64,000 nt of DNA from Candidatus Levyibacteriota bacterium (lineage in GTDB: Bacteria > Patescibacteriota > Microgenomatia > Levybacterales > UBA12049), in the NCBI GenBank assembly GCA_003173895.1, contig PJMG01000012.1, forward strand, positions 35,448 through 99,447, written 5' to 3'. How positions within the stretch are numbered: position 1 is the first letter of the stretch; each line of letters starts with the position of its first letter. Below the pieces are notes generated by a model that was not told the origin of the DNA, made no database searches, and saw nothing but the letters and a program-made list of their open reading frames with translations. The position numbers were made by a program, and so were the translations under genes. Shown here in pieces: positions 1 to 8,928 of this stretch.

Positions 1-2
1 AT

Positions 3-503
3 GAATTACTTACTGATGGAACTATAAGAATAGATGATGATGATTTTAGAATTTATTCCAGTAGTAATTTTATCTCAGAAGTACAAGCAGCACGAATAAA
101 AGGTGAATCTTTATCTCTTCCTCCTATAGTTATAATTAACGGAGACGCCGGAGATCCAAGTCTGGTAGAAAGTATTATAAATGAATGCTCCAAAGATTCC
201 TCTCTTCTTACTATAGCTAGAAATATAGGAGCATTCCCGTATGAACAAATTGCAGAAATGTGGAGTAAACAAATTACAAAAAAAAATGCTAACCAAAATC
301 CCAGTTTTTTGGCTTTTACAACTCATGTACCTGCTTATAGAGATATGCTTACTGCGCAATTAGACTCAATATTAAAACCTAATCAAATAAATATATTGAT
401 AAATGGGGAGTTATTATCTCATCCTCCTAATTTAATAAAAAGCGGTGGAGGCTGGACAGATCAGTATATTCATCTTATAGGAGATGCACGAACTTTTAAA
501 TAG
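3..503 (+). CDS. hypothetical protein, 5'-truncated by window edge
   Basis: Frame of the 258..503 ORF stays open back to position 3 (ELLTDGTIRIDDDDF...); no family recognised. Confidence 0.6.
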   Translation, partial: ELLTDGTIRIDDDDFRIYSSSNFISEVQAARIKGESLSLPPIVIINGDAGDPSLVESIINECSKDSSLLTIARNIGAFPYEQIAEMWSKQITKKNANQNPSFLAFTTHVPAYRDMLTAQLDSILKPNQINILINGELLSHPPNLIKSGGGWTDQYIHLIGDARTFK

Positions 504-552
504 TATTCCAAATTTGAATTTGGTTTAAAAATAGAAATAAATTTTATTTAAC

Positions 553-1038
553 TCATTCCAGTCTTTTTCTATACCAAATAACTTCAAATGAATTACCTCC
601 ACCTTCAGTGTAAAATTCTTTTTTAGTTTTCATTTTTTTGAATCCATGTTTTTCATAAAAATTTTGCGCCATTTTTTGTTGGGTCGAAGTTCGTAGTCTT
701 AGTTCTTTCAAGTCATTATTCTTAGCCACTTTTTCTAATTCATTCAATATTTGACTAGCATAACCTATTCTTCTGTAATCTGGATGTACGCGCATTCGCC
801 TTATATGACCCATCGTATCTGTTATTTTTCTATAACCTCCCATGGCAACAATTTTTTCACCAACGAACCCCACTAGAAATTCACCACCATTAAAATATGT
901 TTCTTCAATATCTTCAAAATCCTTTTCCCACGGTCCGCTTCTATATCCTATTTCAGAATAAATAGATGATAGCTCATAAAGTTTTTTAACTTCTTCTTTA
1001 TCCTCAATGATATATTTTCTTATGATAAGGTCATTCAT
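553..1038 (-). CDS. GNAT family N-acetyltransferase
   Basis: Motif A RRMRVHPDYRRIGYA, AQNFYEKHGF; start moved to ATG 1038 (TG-C-TATACT 6 nt upstream). Confidence 0.85.
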   Translation of the reverse strand: MNDLIIRKYIIEDKEEVKKLYELSSIYSEIGYRSGPWEKDFEDIEETYFNGGEFLVGFVGEKIVAMGGYRKITDTMGHIRRMRVHPDYRRIGYASQILNELEKVAKNNDLKELRLRTSTQQKMAQNFYEKHGFKKMKTKKEFYTEGGGNSFEVIWYRKRLE

Positions 1039-1118
1039 GAGTGAAGTATAGCAAAATGAAGAGAGTAAATTGTTTTTCATTGTTTAGGATCTAAAAATAA
1101 GCTAAAATATGCATACAT

Positions 1119-1189
1119 TGCCGGATCGTCTAATGGTAGGACGACAGAATCTGGATCTGTCTATCTTGGTTCAAATCCAGGTCCGGCAG
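1119..1189 (+). tRNA. tRNA-Gln(CTG), no encoded CCA
   Basis: Acceptor TGCCGGA/TCCGGCA, D-loop TAATGGTA, anticodon arm ACAGA-ATCTGGA-TCTGT, T-loop GGTTCAAATCC. Confidence 0.95.
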
Positions 1190-1309
1190 CTTTGACTTTT
1201 TTCCATAAATTAGCCTCAAATATTATACGGTCCTTACAAACACTAGCTTTGATTTAAACTATTTTCAATAGCTTGCTATGATTAAAATACTATATATAAT
1301 AAATTTAAT

Positions 1310-1642
1310 ATGAGTTTACCGGAAGTAAATTTGGCTATTGAGAGCTGGCAGTTAAATGATGAATTAGCACAATCTCCTGGCTTCTGCAGAAGAACTGCTA
1401 TAGAAATTTTAAAGGTTGGTCAGGAAGCTGATGTCTCAGAGCCGCATGTTAAATTTGAGATTCTGGTTTGGCCGGATGCTAAAGAAGGAGAAGATGTACA
1501 TTATGCAGTAAAGGCAGTAAGTGATAAAGAAACTTTTATTTTTAATCCTTCACCCACGGCACAATTTCCACAGTATAATGGAACTCTTAAAGACGCACCT
1601 TCTAGTTTTAAATCCATGATTCCTACTCCTGAAGTTAAATAA
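1310..1642 (+). CDS. hypothetical protein
   Basis: 110-aa ORF with TTGCTA..TATAAT upstream; no family recognised. Confidence 0.6.
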   Translation: MSLPEVNLAIESWQLNDELAQSPGFCRRTAIEILKVGQEADVSEPHVKFEILVWPDAKEGEDVHYAVKAVSDKETFIFNPSPTAQFPQYNGTLKDAPSSFKSMIPTPEVK

Positions 1643-1646
1643 GAAT

Positions 1647-2015
1647 TTATTTTATAAACTTAAAAATATAGGGGACGAAGATAAGAATGCCAACGATGAT
1701 GGATCCCATTGAGGTAAGTAAAACCATCCCGGCTGCGACGTCTTTAGCTACTTTAGCCTCTTCTCTATGCTCCTTAGTTATTAGATCCACCATTTGTTCT
1801 ATAGATGTATTTATCATTTCAGCTGACATAACGAGTAGAATCATTACACCTAAAATTCCCATTTCGAAATGACTAACATCAAAAATTATACTTAAAATTA
1901 CTACTATTAATGCTATTATGAGGTGAATTCGCAGATTTTGATTATTGGCAAATGCGTATTTAATGCCTTCCCAAGCGTAGCCAAATGACTGAATTAATTT
2001 TCTATGATGAATCAT
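1647..2015 (-). CDS. dgkA: diacylglycerol/undecaprenol kinase (DgkA family)
   Basis: SFGYAWEG, NLRIH, AEMINTSIE..VD, AKDVAAG. Confidence 0.9.
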   Translation of the reverse strand: MIHHRKLIQSFGYAWEGIKYAFANNQNLRIHLIIALIVVILSIIFDVSHFEMGILGVMILLVMSAEMINTSIEQMVDLITKEHREEAKVAKDVAAGMVLLTSMGSIIVGILIFVPYIFKFIK

Positions 2016-2030
2016 ATATATATTTTAATC

Positions 2031-2621
2031 TTATATAAAAAAACCGGCAATAACAAAAGTTATTACACAAACCATGGTTCCTAAAACTGCCCCAATTAAA
2101 ACTTCACTTAAAGTATGTTTTTTTAAATAAAGTCTGGAAAAACTCACACCAATAGGAGCGATTATAAAAATAAAAGATGGGATTATTCCATAAAGTAGAC
2201 TAACTGTTATCCAAAAAGCAAAAGCTACTGCTACATGTACGCTAGCTTTTATAAAATAATTTAAAATTTCAAAAACCACAATGCCTATAATTATTCCCAG
2301 TGCCACAAAACTAAGTGGTGAATAAAATCCACGACGAAGTGTAGCAATTAAGAAATAAATAAATGCGAAAATAAGGCTGGTGGTGTAAAAAAATGGTCTG
2401 AGTCTACGATCTGAAATATCTATATCATTTAAAATTTCCCGAGGTTTGGCAAAGAAAAAAACTAATAATGCTATGAGCACGAAAAAAGTAGCAAGTAAAA
2501 ACCACTCAAATCCTTCACCCAAATCGTGAGTGTTATGGTACATAACTATAAAAGGAATAAGAATAGCAAAAATAATAGGATGAAAAACTATAGATAAAAC
2601 TTGGGCCAGTCTTCTAGTCAT
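2031..2621 (-). CDS. PAP2-like membrane phosphatase
   Basis: Multi-TM; KASVH and SRLYLKKHT..EV motifs. Confidence 0.7.
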   Translation of the reverse strand: MTRRLAQVLSIVFHPIIFAILIPFIVMYHNTHDLGEGFEWFLLATFFVLIALLVFFFAKPREILNDIDISDRRLRPFFYTTSLIFAFIYFLIATLRRGFYSPLSFVALGIIIGIVVFEILNYFIKASVHVAVAFAFWITVSLLYGIIPSFIFIIAPIGVSFSRLYLKKHTLSEVLIGAVLGTMVCVITFVIAGFFI

Positions 2622-2624
2622 TAT

Positions 2625-4013
2625 TTAATGTAAGTTTTTTAATGTTTCTTCTTTACCTAAAATTTCTAACATATCTGGAAGAGGTAAACCTTTATCTTTT
2701 CCTGTAAGAACTTTATACAATAAATTTCCTTTAGCACCTGTAGTTTTAAGAATTTCTCGCATAGCATTTAAAATATTATCTTTATTCCAAATCTTTATAT
2801 TTTCAAATTCTGATTTTAATTTTTTAGCAAAATCTTTCTCTTGAAGAGATAATTCAGTTGGGTTATAAACTACTAAATCTTTAAATTCTTTTAAAGTTTT
2901 CATACGAGATTGCGCAAGTAAAATAATTTGATCCATCTTTGATGCATTTTCTTTAAAGAAACTTTTTATCTCATCATCATCTTTAAAAAATTCTTTTAAT
3001 TTATCACTTAGTATTTCTACTTTAGTGTTTCGTATATATTCTCCATTCATCCATTTTAATTTTTCTAAATCAAAAACCGGACCTACAGGTTTAATATCTT
3101 TAAAATCAAAAACTTCTATAAATTCTTCAAGTGAAAAAATTTCTTTTCCTTCAGGATGACTCCATGAAAGAAGTGCTAAATAATTTCGAATAGCCTCAGG
3201 TAAAAATCCTTCATTTATATACCAATCTACTCCTGTATGACCGTATCTTTTAGAAAATTTAGATTTATCAGGATTTCTGATAGTGGGTGTATGAATAAAA
3301 ATAGGTTTTTCCCAACCGAAATATTCATACATTAACCAATGTTTTGGAAGAGAAGGCAACCATTCTTCACCTCTAACTACATGAGTGGTTTGCATCAAAT
3401 GATCATCTACTACACTACTGGCTAAATGATAAGTAGGGAATCCATCTGCTTTTAGTAAGACAGCATCTTCAATTAAATTAGAATCAAAACTGATTTTTCC
3501 TCTTATTAGATCTTCTACTTCAATAGTTTTATTCTCTGGTACCTTTAAACGGATAATATAAGATTCACCTAATGAGAGTTTTTTTTCTATTTCTTCTTTA
3601 GATAAATTTCTGCAGTGTTTATCATACATGGTGGGTTGATGATTGGTTTCCTGACTTTTACGTAACTGTTCAAGTCTTTCTTTGGTACAAAAACAATAAT
3701 ATGCTCCACCTTTTTCAATTAATTCTAAAGCATATTTCTTATAAATTCCCATTGCTTGTCTTTCTGACTGTCTATAAGGACCAAACTCTCCACCTTTTCT
3801 GGGACTTTCGTCTTCTGTAAGTCCTACCCAATCAAGTCCCGCATAAATTTTATCTTCTGCTCCTTCTACAAATCTAGCTCGATCTGTATCTTCAATTCTT
3901 ATAAAGAATTTCCCATTATTTTTTTTCGCAAAAGCATAATCAAATAGAGCTTGATAAATTAACCCTAAATGCGGAAACCCTGTTGGACTGGGTGCTATCC
4001 TAACTCTTACCAT
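2625..4013 (-). CDS. gltX: glutamate--tRNA ligase
   Basis: RIAPSPTG, HLG (HIGH), RIEDTD, RGEEW, KFSKR. Confidence 0.97.
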   Translation of the reverse strand: MVRVRIAPSPTGFPHLGLIYQALFDYAFAKKNNGKFFIRIEDTDRARFVEGAEDKIYAGLDWVGLTEDESPRKGGEFGPYRQSERQAMGIYKKYALELIEKGGAYYCFCTKERLEQLRKSQETNHQPTMYDKHCRNLSKEEIEKKLSLGESYIIRLKVPENKTIEVEDLIRGKISFDSNLIEDAVLLKADGFPTYHLASSVVDDHLMQTTHVVRGEEWLPSLPKHWLMYEYFGWEKPIFIHTPTIRNPDKSKFSKRYGHTGVDWYINEGFLPEAIRNYLALLSWSHPEGKEIFSLEEFIEVFDFKDIKPVGPVFDLEKLKWMNGEYIRNTKVEILSDKLKEFFKDDDEIKSFFKENASKMDQIILLAQSRMKTLKEFKDLVVYNPTELSLQEKDFAKKLKSEFENIKIWNKDNILNAMREILKTTGAKGNLLYKVLTGKDKGLPLPDMLEILGKEETLKNLH

Positions 4014-4023
4014 AATTACAATA

Positions 4024-4091
4024 TGTCATCCTGAACTTGTTTCAGGATCTTAAAATTATTAAGAAGATTCTGAAATAAATTCAGCATGACA
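4024..4091. repeat. REP-like TGTCAT doublet (68 bp), intergenic
   Basis: TGTCAT-CCTGAA-cttgt-TTCAGG...TCTGAA-ataaa-TTCAGC-ATGACA; near copy at 25782-25849. Confidence 0.9.
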
Positions 4092-4129
4092 CTGTTGATT
4101 GTATCTTAATCAAGAATTATACTCAAGTT

Positions 4130-5173
4130 ATGACCTCTCTGGAAAGAACTGTCGAAATTACTAAAAAAGTTTTAATAGGATTTTTAATTGGGTTAGGTTG
4201 TATTATTTTTATAGTTATTTTAGTTAATATTATTAGCAGTATTAGAAAAGCTTTTTTCCCTCCTACTCCTGCTGGTCCAAGTGTAGCTTTTGGAAAACTG
4301 GATCAAATACCTTTTGATGACAATGGTGAAAAAGGAAATTTCACTTATTCGCTTCAAACGGTAAGTGGAACTTTACCTACTCTATCTGATAGAGAAGAAG
4401 TTTTTAAAATTAATAATGCGGCACCAAGTTTATTAAATTTATCAAATGCTAAATCTATAGTCGCTGCGGGAAATTTTACTAGCGATCCTACTGCTATTTC
4501 TGATACTAATTATGAATGGACTAATTCTACACCAAGTTCCACTTTAGTCATGAATATAATAAATAATAATTTTACTTACTCTTATGATTATAATTCTGAT
4601 CCAAATGTACTACAGGGAATTAATCTAACAGACACTATTGGTGCTATAAATACAGCCACTACGTTTTTTAATACTTATATTTCTACTTTACCCAGTGATA
4701 TCAATGTAGATAATCCCAACACTTCTTTTTTTAGTATTAATAATGGTAATTTTACCTCTGTTCCTAGTCTTTCTCAGGCACAGGCTATCCGAGTAGATTT
4801 TTTCCCAAACAATGTAAATAAATTATCTATTTATTATCCCACTTTCCCTAATTCGCTTATGTATGCTTATGTGGGTGGAGGAGCAGATAATTCTCAAGTT
4901 ATAAAAGCCAGTTATTTCCACGTTAATATTAGTAATCAAAATTCTACTTATCCCATTATTAGCTCTCAAGATGCTTTTAATGATTTAAAAAATGGAAATG
5001 CATATATTTTACCTAGTTATACTGGCAGTAAAAATGTAAATATTAGAAATGTTTCCGTGGTTTATTTCATAGCTAATGATAATCAGAATTACCTCATGCC
5101 AGTTATAGTTTTCCAAGGAGACAATAATTTTTACGCAGTAGTCAGCGCAGTTAAGGGTGAATGGATAAAATAA
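4130..5173 (+). CDS. membrane-anchored hypothetical protein
   Basis: N-terminal TM, FPPTP..PSVAFGKL, C-terminal YLMPVIVF; N/S/T-rich. Confidence 0.75.
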   Translation: MTSLERTVEITKKVLIGFLIGLGCIIFIVILVNIISSIRKAFFPPTPAGPSVAFGKLDQIPFDDNGEKGNFTYSLQTVSGTLPTLSDREEVFKINNAAPSLLNLSNAKSIVAAGNFTSDPTAISDTNYEWTNSTPSSTLVMNIINNNFTYSYDYNSDPNVLQGINLTDTIGAINTATTFFNTYISTLPSDINVDNPNTSFFSINNGNFTSVPSLSQAQAIRVDFFPNNVNKLSIYYPTFPNSLMYAYVGGGADNSQVIKASYFHVNISNQNSTYPIISSQDAFNDLKNGNAYILPSYTGSKNVNIRNVSVVYFIANDNQNYLMPVIVFQGDNNFYAVVSAVKGEWIK

Positions 5174-5182
5174 ATACCTTTA

Positions 5183-5677
5183 TTATTTTCTATTTCCCAT
5201 AGGTGTAGGAGATTCATGTTCACGTAAAAGTCTTTGCTGCTCTCTACAAAAATCAACATGAGATTGATATTGACTATTATTGCTGGGGGAATATGCTTCT
5301 CTCATAGCTAATTGATCATAGATATTAGCTACTTCTCCTAAAGTCTTATCTAAAAGATAACGTTTTTCTTCTTCTTTCCAATTAGCAAGATATGGATGAA
5401 ATTCACTTATCATTTTAGAAACAATTACTAAAGCCTCAACTCTAGTCATAGGAGTCGTATAAAGACCTGTTGTAGGAAGATTATCTAAAAAATTATAAAC
5501 CCGTTCTTGAGATGTAGAGGAAGTTAGTCTAGATACGCCTATCATAGCTCTTGCAACACGTGATTCATATTCTTCTTGATCAATTTTAAAAAAATTTGAA
5601 TATTGAGTTTCACAGGCCTGTGCAATGGGAAGGAAATCATGTCCAAATCTTTTTTCTATTTCTGAAGCGTCTGGCAT
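5183..5677 (-). CDS. hypothetical protein
   Basis: 164-aa ORF with own TTGCTT..TG-C-TAATTT promoter-like site. Confidence 0.65.
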   Translation of the reverse strand: MPDASEIEKRFGHDFLPIAQACETQYSNFFKIDQEEYESRVARAMIGVSRLTSSTSQERVYNFLDNLPTTGLYTTPMTRVEALVIVSKMISEFHPYLANWKEEEKRYLLDKTLGEVANIYDQLAMREAYSPSNNSQYQSHVDFCREQQRLLREHESPTPMGNRK

Positions 5678-5726
5678 ATTTTAAAAATTAGCAAATATTT
5701 ATTTTAAAAGCAATAGCTTATTAATT

Positions 5727-6665
5727 TTATAAATTTACTGGTACGTAGTTTACATCTTCCACTACATTATCTATTAATAATTTCGTATCTGCGAAGCGAT
5801 CCTGACTTCCCATAACTATAATAATTATAGTATGCCCATCTTTATTAATAGCTGTTACTAAAACTTGGCCTGCATCTTCTGTGTAACCTGTTTTTATTCC
5901 AAAAACTCCTTTATATCCTAACAGTTCATTTAAACTGATTAGATCAAAACTAGCACTCTGATCGACAGTAGAAATAATTTTTTCTTTAGTTGAAACAATT
6001 TGTCTTAAAACTGGATTCTTAATAGCAAAACTAGAAAGTCTGAATAAATCAATCGGCGTAGTATAATCTCCATCATCTAAAAGTCCGACTGGATCAGAAT
6101 AATGTGTATTATAAAGATGAAGTGCTGAGGCTTTCATATTCATAGCGTTTATAAAAGCCTTTTGGCCTCCAGGATAATTATCAGCGATAGCTATAGCCGC
6201 GTCATTATCTGAAGGTAACATCATAGAATATAAAAGACTTTCAAAAGTTAACTGCTGATTAGGTAAAAATCCAGCGACTACAGGTGGAATATCAGATGAT
6301 TTAATAGTTAAAATTTGATTTAATTTAAAATAATTTAGACCAATAAGTGCGGTCATAATTTTAGTAGTAGATGCTGGTGAAAAATGAAGATTAACATTTT
6401 TACTAGCGATTATTTTTTTAGAATCAGCATCTGCGATGATAAAACTTTGCGCTGAAATATCAGGAATTTGTGAATTTTCAAGTTTGGGATAATAAACTAT
6501 TGTAGGTAAATTCACATTTAATTTTTGGGTCGAAGATTCTTTATAGATTATAAATAGTGTAATGTTAACGGCAACTAGAATAAAAAAAACTACCACTGAA
6601 ATAATAGCTAGTGGGAAATAAAAATTATTTTTCTGCTTTTGGATTAAGTTGAGAAAGTCTTTCAT
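5727..6665 (-). CDS. D-alanyl-D-alanine carboxypeptidase (peptidase S11)
   Basis: PASTTK (SxxK), SDN (SxN), KTG motifs, N-terminal TM. Confidence 0.92.
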   Translation of the reverse strand: MKDFLNLIQKQKNNFYFPLAIISVVVFFILVAVNITLFIIYKESSTQKLNVNLPTIVYYPKLENSQIPDISAQSFIIADADSKKIIASKNVNLHFSPASTTKIMTALIGLNYFKLNQILTIKSSDIPPVVAGFLPNQQLTFESLLYSMMLPSDNDAAIAIADNYPGGQKAFINAMNMKASALHLYNTHYSDPVGLLDDGDYTTPIDLFRLSSFAIKNPVLRQIVSTKEKIISTVDQSASFDLISLNELLGYKGVFGIKTGYTEDAGQVLVTAINKDGHTIIIIVMGSQDRFADTKLLIDNVVEDVNYVPVNL

Positions 6666-7977
6666 CGATTCGTTCCATATCTCGAGGGAAAAGTACTGCT
6701 TTACGAATATTATCTAATTCTAAAATTTTCATGGTTAAACGTTCTAGTCCAAATGAGAATCCTCCTTCAGGTGGCATACCATATTTAAAAGCCATTAAAT
6801 ACATACCAAAGTTTTTAGGATTAACATTTCTTTGTTTCATAACTTCTAAAAGTTTTTCGTAATCATTAATTCTTTTACTCCCACTTAAAATTTCAGCACC
6901 TCTAAAGAGTAAGTCATAACTTAAACTGTACTCTGGATTTTCTGGATCCGGATAAGTATAAAAAGCTCTTTTTTTAGTAGGATAGTGAGTAATAGTTACG
7001 AAATCAGATTTATGTTCTTCGCGAGCCCAAGCACAAATTTCTTTTTCATCTTCAGGATTTAAATCCATTTCTTTACTTAAATCACGCCCAGTCCTTTTAG
7101 TTATTATTTCCTGAGCTTCTCTAAGTTTAAGTCGAGGAATAGAGTTTGGAATAAGTGGCATTTCTATATTTAATTTTTCAAAAATATTTTTATGTTTTTC
7201 TGTAACATTTTTTACGATAGATGATCCTACAAATTCAACTGCATCTAAAAGTTCTTCAAATTTTTCTACGAATGCTATTTCTACATCCATCATAGTCACT
7301 TCTGATAAGTGACGAGTGGTCACTGAAGGCTCTGCACGATAAGCTTTACTAATAGTAAAAACCCGCTCTAAAATTCCCACCATCATCTGCTTATATAGCT
7401 GTGGACTTTGAATCATATAGGCATGATGCCCATAATAATTAACCGAGAATACATCTGCGCCTCCTTCACTAGCTCCAGCTGCTATAGTCGGGACAAAAAT
7501 TTCTGTGGCATCTAATTTTTCAGCAGCATTTCTAAACTCTTCAGCTATAGATGCCTGTATTTTAAAAATATCTCTTTGGGTTTCGTGTTTTAATGTTAAA
7601 GACCTAAAATCAAGTAGAGTAGGCAATTCTAATTTTAAATCAATTCCTCCCATATCAAATGGAAGTGTTTCAGATTTACCAATAACTTCTATATCTTCTA
7701 TTTCTAATTCTACTTTTCCAGTAATAAGTTTAGGATTAACTGCATTTTCTGGTCGAGCATGTACGATCCCTTTTATATAAACCGCTTCTTCAGGTTTTAT
7801 ATTTTTAGCTTTTTCGAAGTTGTCATTTTTAGAGAAAATTACAGTTTGTATTAAAGCACTTCTATCTTCTATATCAAAAAATACTATTTTTCCGTGTTCT
7901 CTTTTAAGTCTTACCCACCCTTTTATCTCTACTTCCTGATCAATTTTTTCAACAGTATCTTTAATTAAAGTTCGCAT
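6625..7977 (-). CDS. aspS: aspartate--tRNA(Asn) ligase, short archaeal/non-discriminating type
   Basis: OB fold GWV, QSPQLYKQ, YRAE..RHLSE, GMPPEGGFSFGLER, FPRD; no GAD insertion; start ATG 7977. Confidence 0.92.
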   Translation of the reverse strand: MRTLIKDTVEKIDQEVEIKGWVRLKREHGKIVFFDIEDRSALIQTVIFSKNDNFEKAKNIKPEEAVYIKGIVHARPENAVNPKLITGKVELEIEDIEVIGKSETLPFDMGGIDLKLELPTLLDFRSLTLKHETQRDIFKIQASIAEEFRNAAEKLDATEIFVPTIAAGASEGGADVFSVNYYGHHAYMIQSPQLYKQMMVGILERVFTISKAYRAEPSVTTRHLSEVTMMDVEIAFVEKFEELLDAVEFVGSSIVKNVTEKHKNIFEKLNIEMPLIPNSIPRLKLREAQEIITKRTGRDLSKEMDLNPEDEKEICAWAREEHKSDFVTITHYPTKKRAFYTYPDPENPEYSLSYDLLFRGAEILSGSKRINDYEKLLEVMKQRNVNPKNFGMYLMAFKYGMPPEGGFSFGLERLTMKILELDNIRKAVLFPRDMERIDERLSQLNPKAEK

Positions 7978-8006
7978 AAATATAATTTTACCTTTAAAAT
8001 CTCTTC

Positions 8007-8036
8007 TTGACAATAACTTATATGCTTGGTTAAAAT
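8007..8036 (+). promoter_or_regulatory. sigma70-like promoter
   Basis: TTGACA-18 nt-TAAAAT. Confidence 0.6.
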
Positions 8037-8065
8037 AAATATAAATTTATGAGATTCTTTTCTAT

Positions 8066-8155
8066 TGTAAATAAGCAGATTTACTTCCTTAATTAAGGGA
8101 GATTTGTATTATTTACATTTTCAATCTCCCCAGATAAAAGGGAGATTTTTTGTAT
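8066..8155 (+). promoter_or_regulatory. attenuator-like leader, copy 1
   Basis: Hairpin 8066-8117, then AATCTCCC-loop-GGGAGATT plus T tract; GGGAGATT 8097-8104 can alternatively pair with 8123-8130. Confidence 0.55.
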
Positions 8156-8156
8156 T

Positions 8157-8402
8157 ATGAGCATAGAGCATTTATCCGATGAAGTATTGAAAGAAAAAGG
8201 AAGTCAATTGTTTAGACTTGAAAGAAGAATTGATAGTTCTCTAGAACAATTAAGGGATGAAAGTTATGAAGGATCTTTACGACATGCTTTAGACGTTGTG
8301 GATGGTATGAGATTAGCTCAAACAGGGCTTTATATAGAATTATACGACGATGGTCATAGTAATGAAGCAAACACTCTTATAAGAAGAGCAAGAGAAAGTT
8401 AA
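8157..8402 (+). CDS. small hypothetical protein
   Basis: 81-aa helical, acidic ORF directly after leader copy 1. Confidence 0.6.
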   Translation: MSIEHLSDEVLKEKGSQLFRLERRIDSSLEQLRDESYEGSLRHALDVVDGMRLAQTGLYIELYDDGHSNEANTLIRRARES

Positions 8403-8444
8403 ATAAAAATGATTATAATTTATAATAAAACTTTAAATTCAGTC

Positions 8445-8540
8445 AAGCAGAATTATATTCTCTCTCTTTTTATTAGATAGAGAGACTGGTTTTTATTTTA
8501 AAATTCCAGTCTCCCAAATAAAAAGGGAGATTTTTTGTAT
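8445..8540 (+). promoter_or_regulatory. attenuator-like leader, copy 2
   Basis: AAGCAGA...TCTCCC-aaataaaaa-GGGAGATTTTTTGTAT as in copy 1; GAGACTGG 8482-8489 can pair with CCAGTCTC 8506-8513. Confidence 0.55.
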
Positions 8541-8671
8541 ACCCCAGATAAAAATATTTGTAGTATACAATCCACCTATTATTGCTCTGTGAGCCGTGAA
8601 CGAATAGTTCCAAAAGGCGAACAGTAAAATCTGGTGGATAATTCAGAATTATTTTAAAGGAGGTGAAAATT

Positions 8672-8890
8672 ATGGCAGAAATAAAACATCCGTGGAGAGA
8701 AGTATTACCAAAATGTGAAGGCTGTGCATTATTTAATTATTGTAAAGAACAAACAGGTATTGTAACTACTAAAAATGGTGAAATTCAAACTGGAAGACGA
8801 GGAAATCCAGAATGTACTCAATGGTTTAGTGCTGAAGGAAGTTTAAAATTAGATTATACTCAACCGGTAAAATTAGCTAATAATAAATAA
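8672..8890 (+). CDS. small Cys-rich protein (CxxC-x5-C...C)
   Basis: Strong SD AAGGAGGTG before ATG 8672; CEGCALFNYC...PEC. Confidence 0.7.
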   Translation: MAEIKHPWREVLPKCEGCALFNYCKEQTGIVTTKNGEIQTGRRGNPECTQWFSAEGSLKLDYTQPVKLANNK

Positions 8891-8928
8891 CTACCTTTAA
8901 AGTAGCAACTTTATTTATTCATTATTAT

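Noticed and set aside
111-359. 82-aa minus-strand ORF
   Set aside because: Shadow of the longer open + frame 3..503.
1190-1642. Integrative element at tRNA-Gln
   Set aside because: No integrase and no duplicated tRNA 3' end in the window.
7505-7780. Antisense ORFs inside known genes (also 1687, 10416, 28334, 32288, 36949, 42780, 43433, 45721, 46444, 46475, 47079, 49215, 53303, 59737, 60622) and same-strand 29293
   Set aside because: Fully nested in well-supported genes with no motifs; typical shadow frames.
8066-8639. Known riboswitch or T-box for aspS
   Set aside because: Leaders point away from aspS, and no T-box, c-di-GMP, SAM or TPP consensus was recognised by eye.
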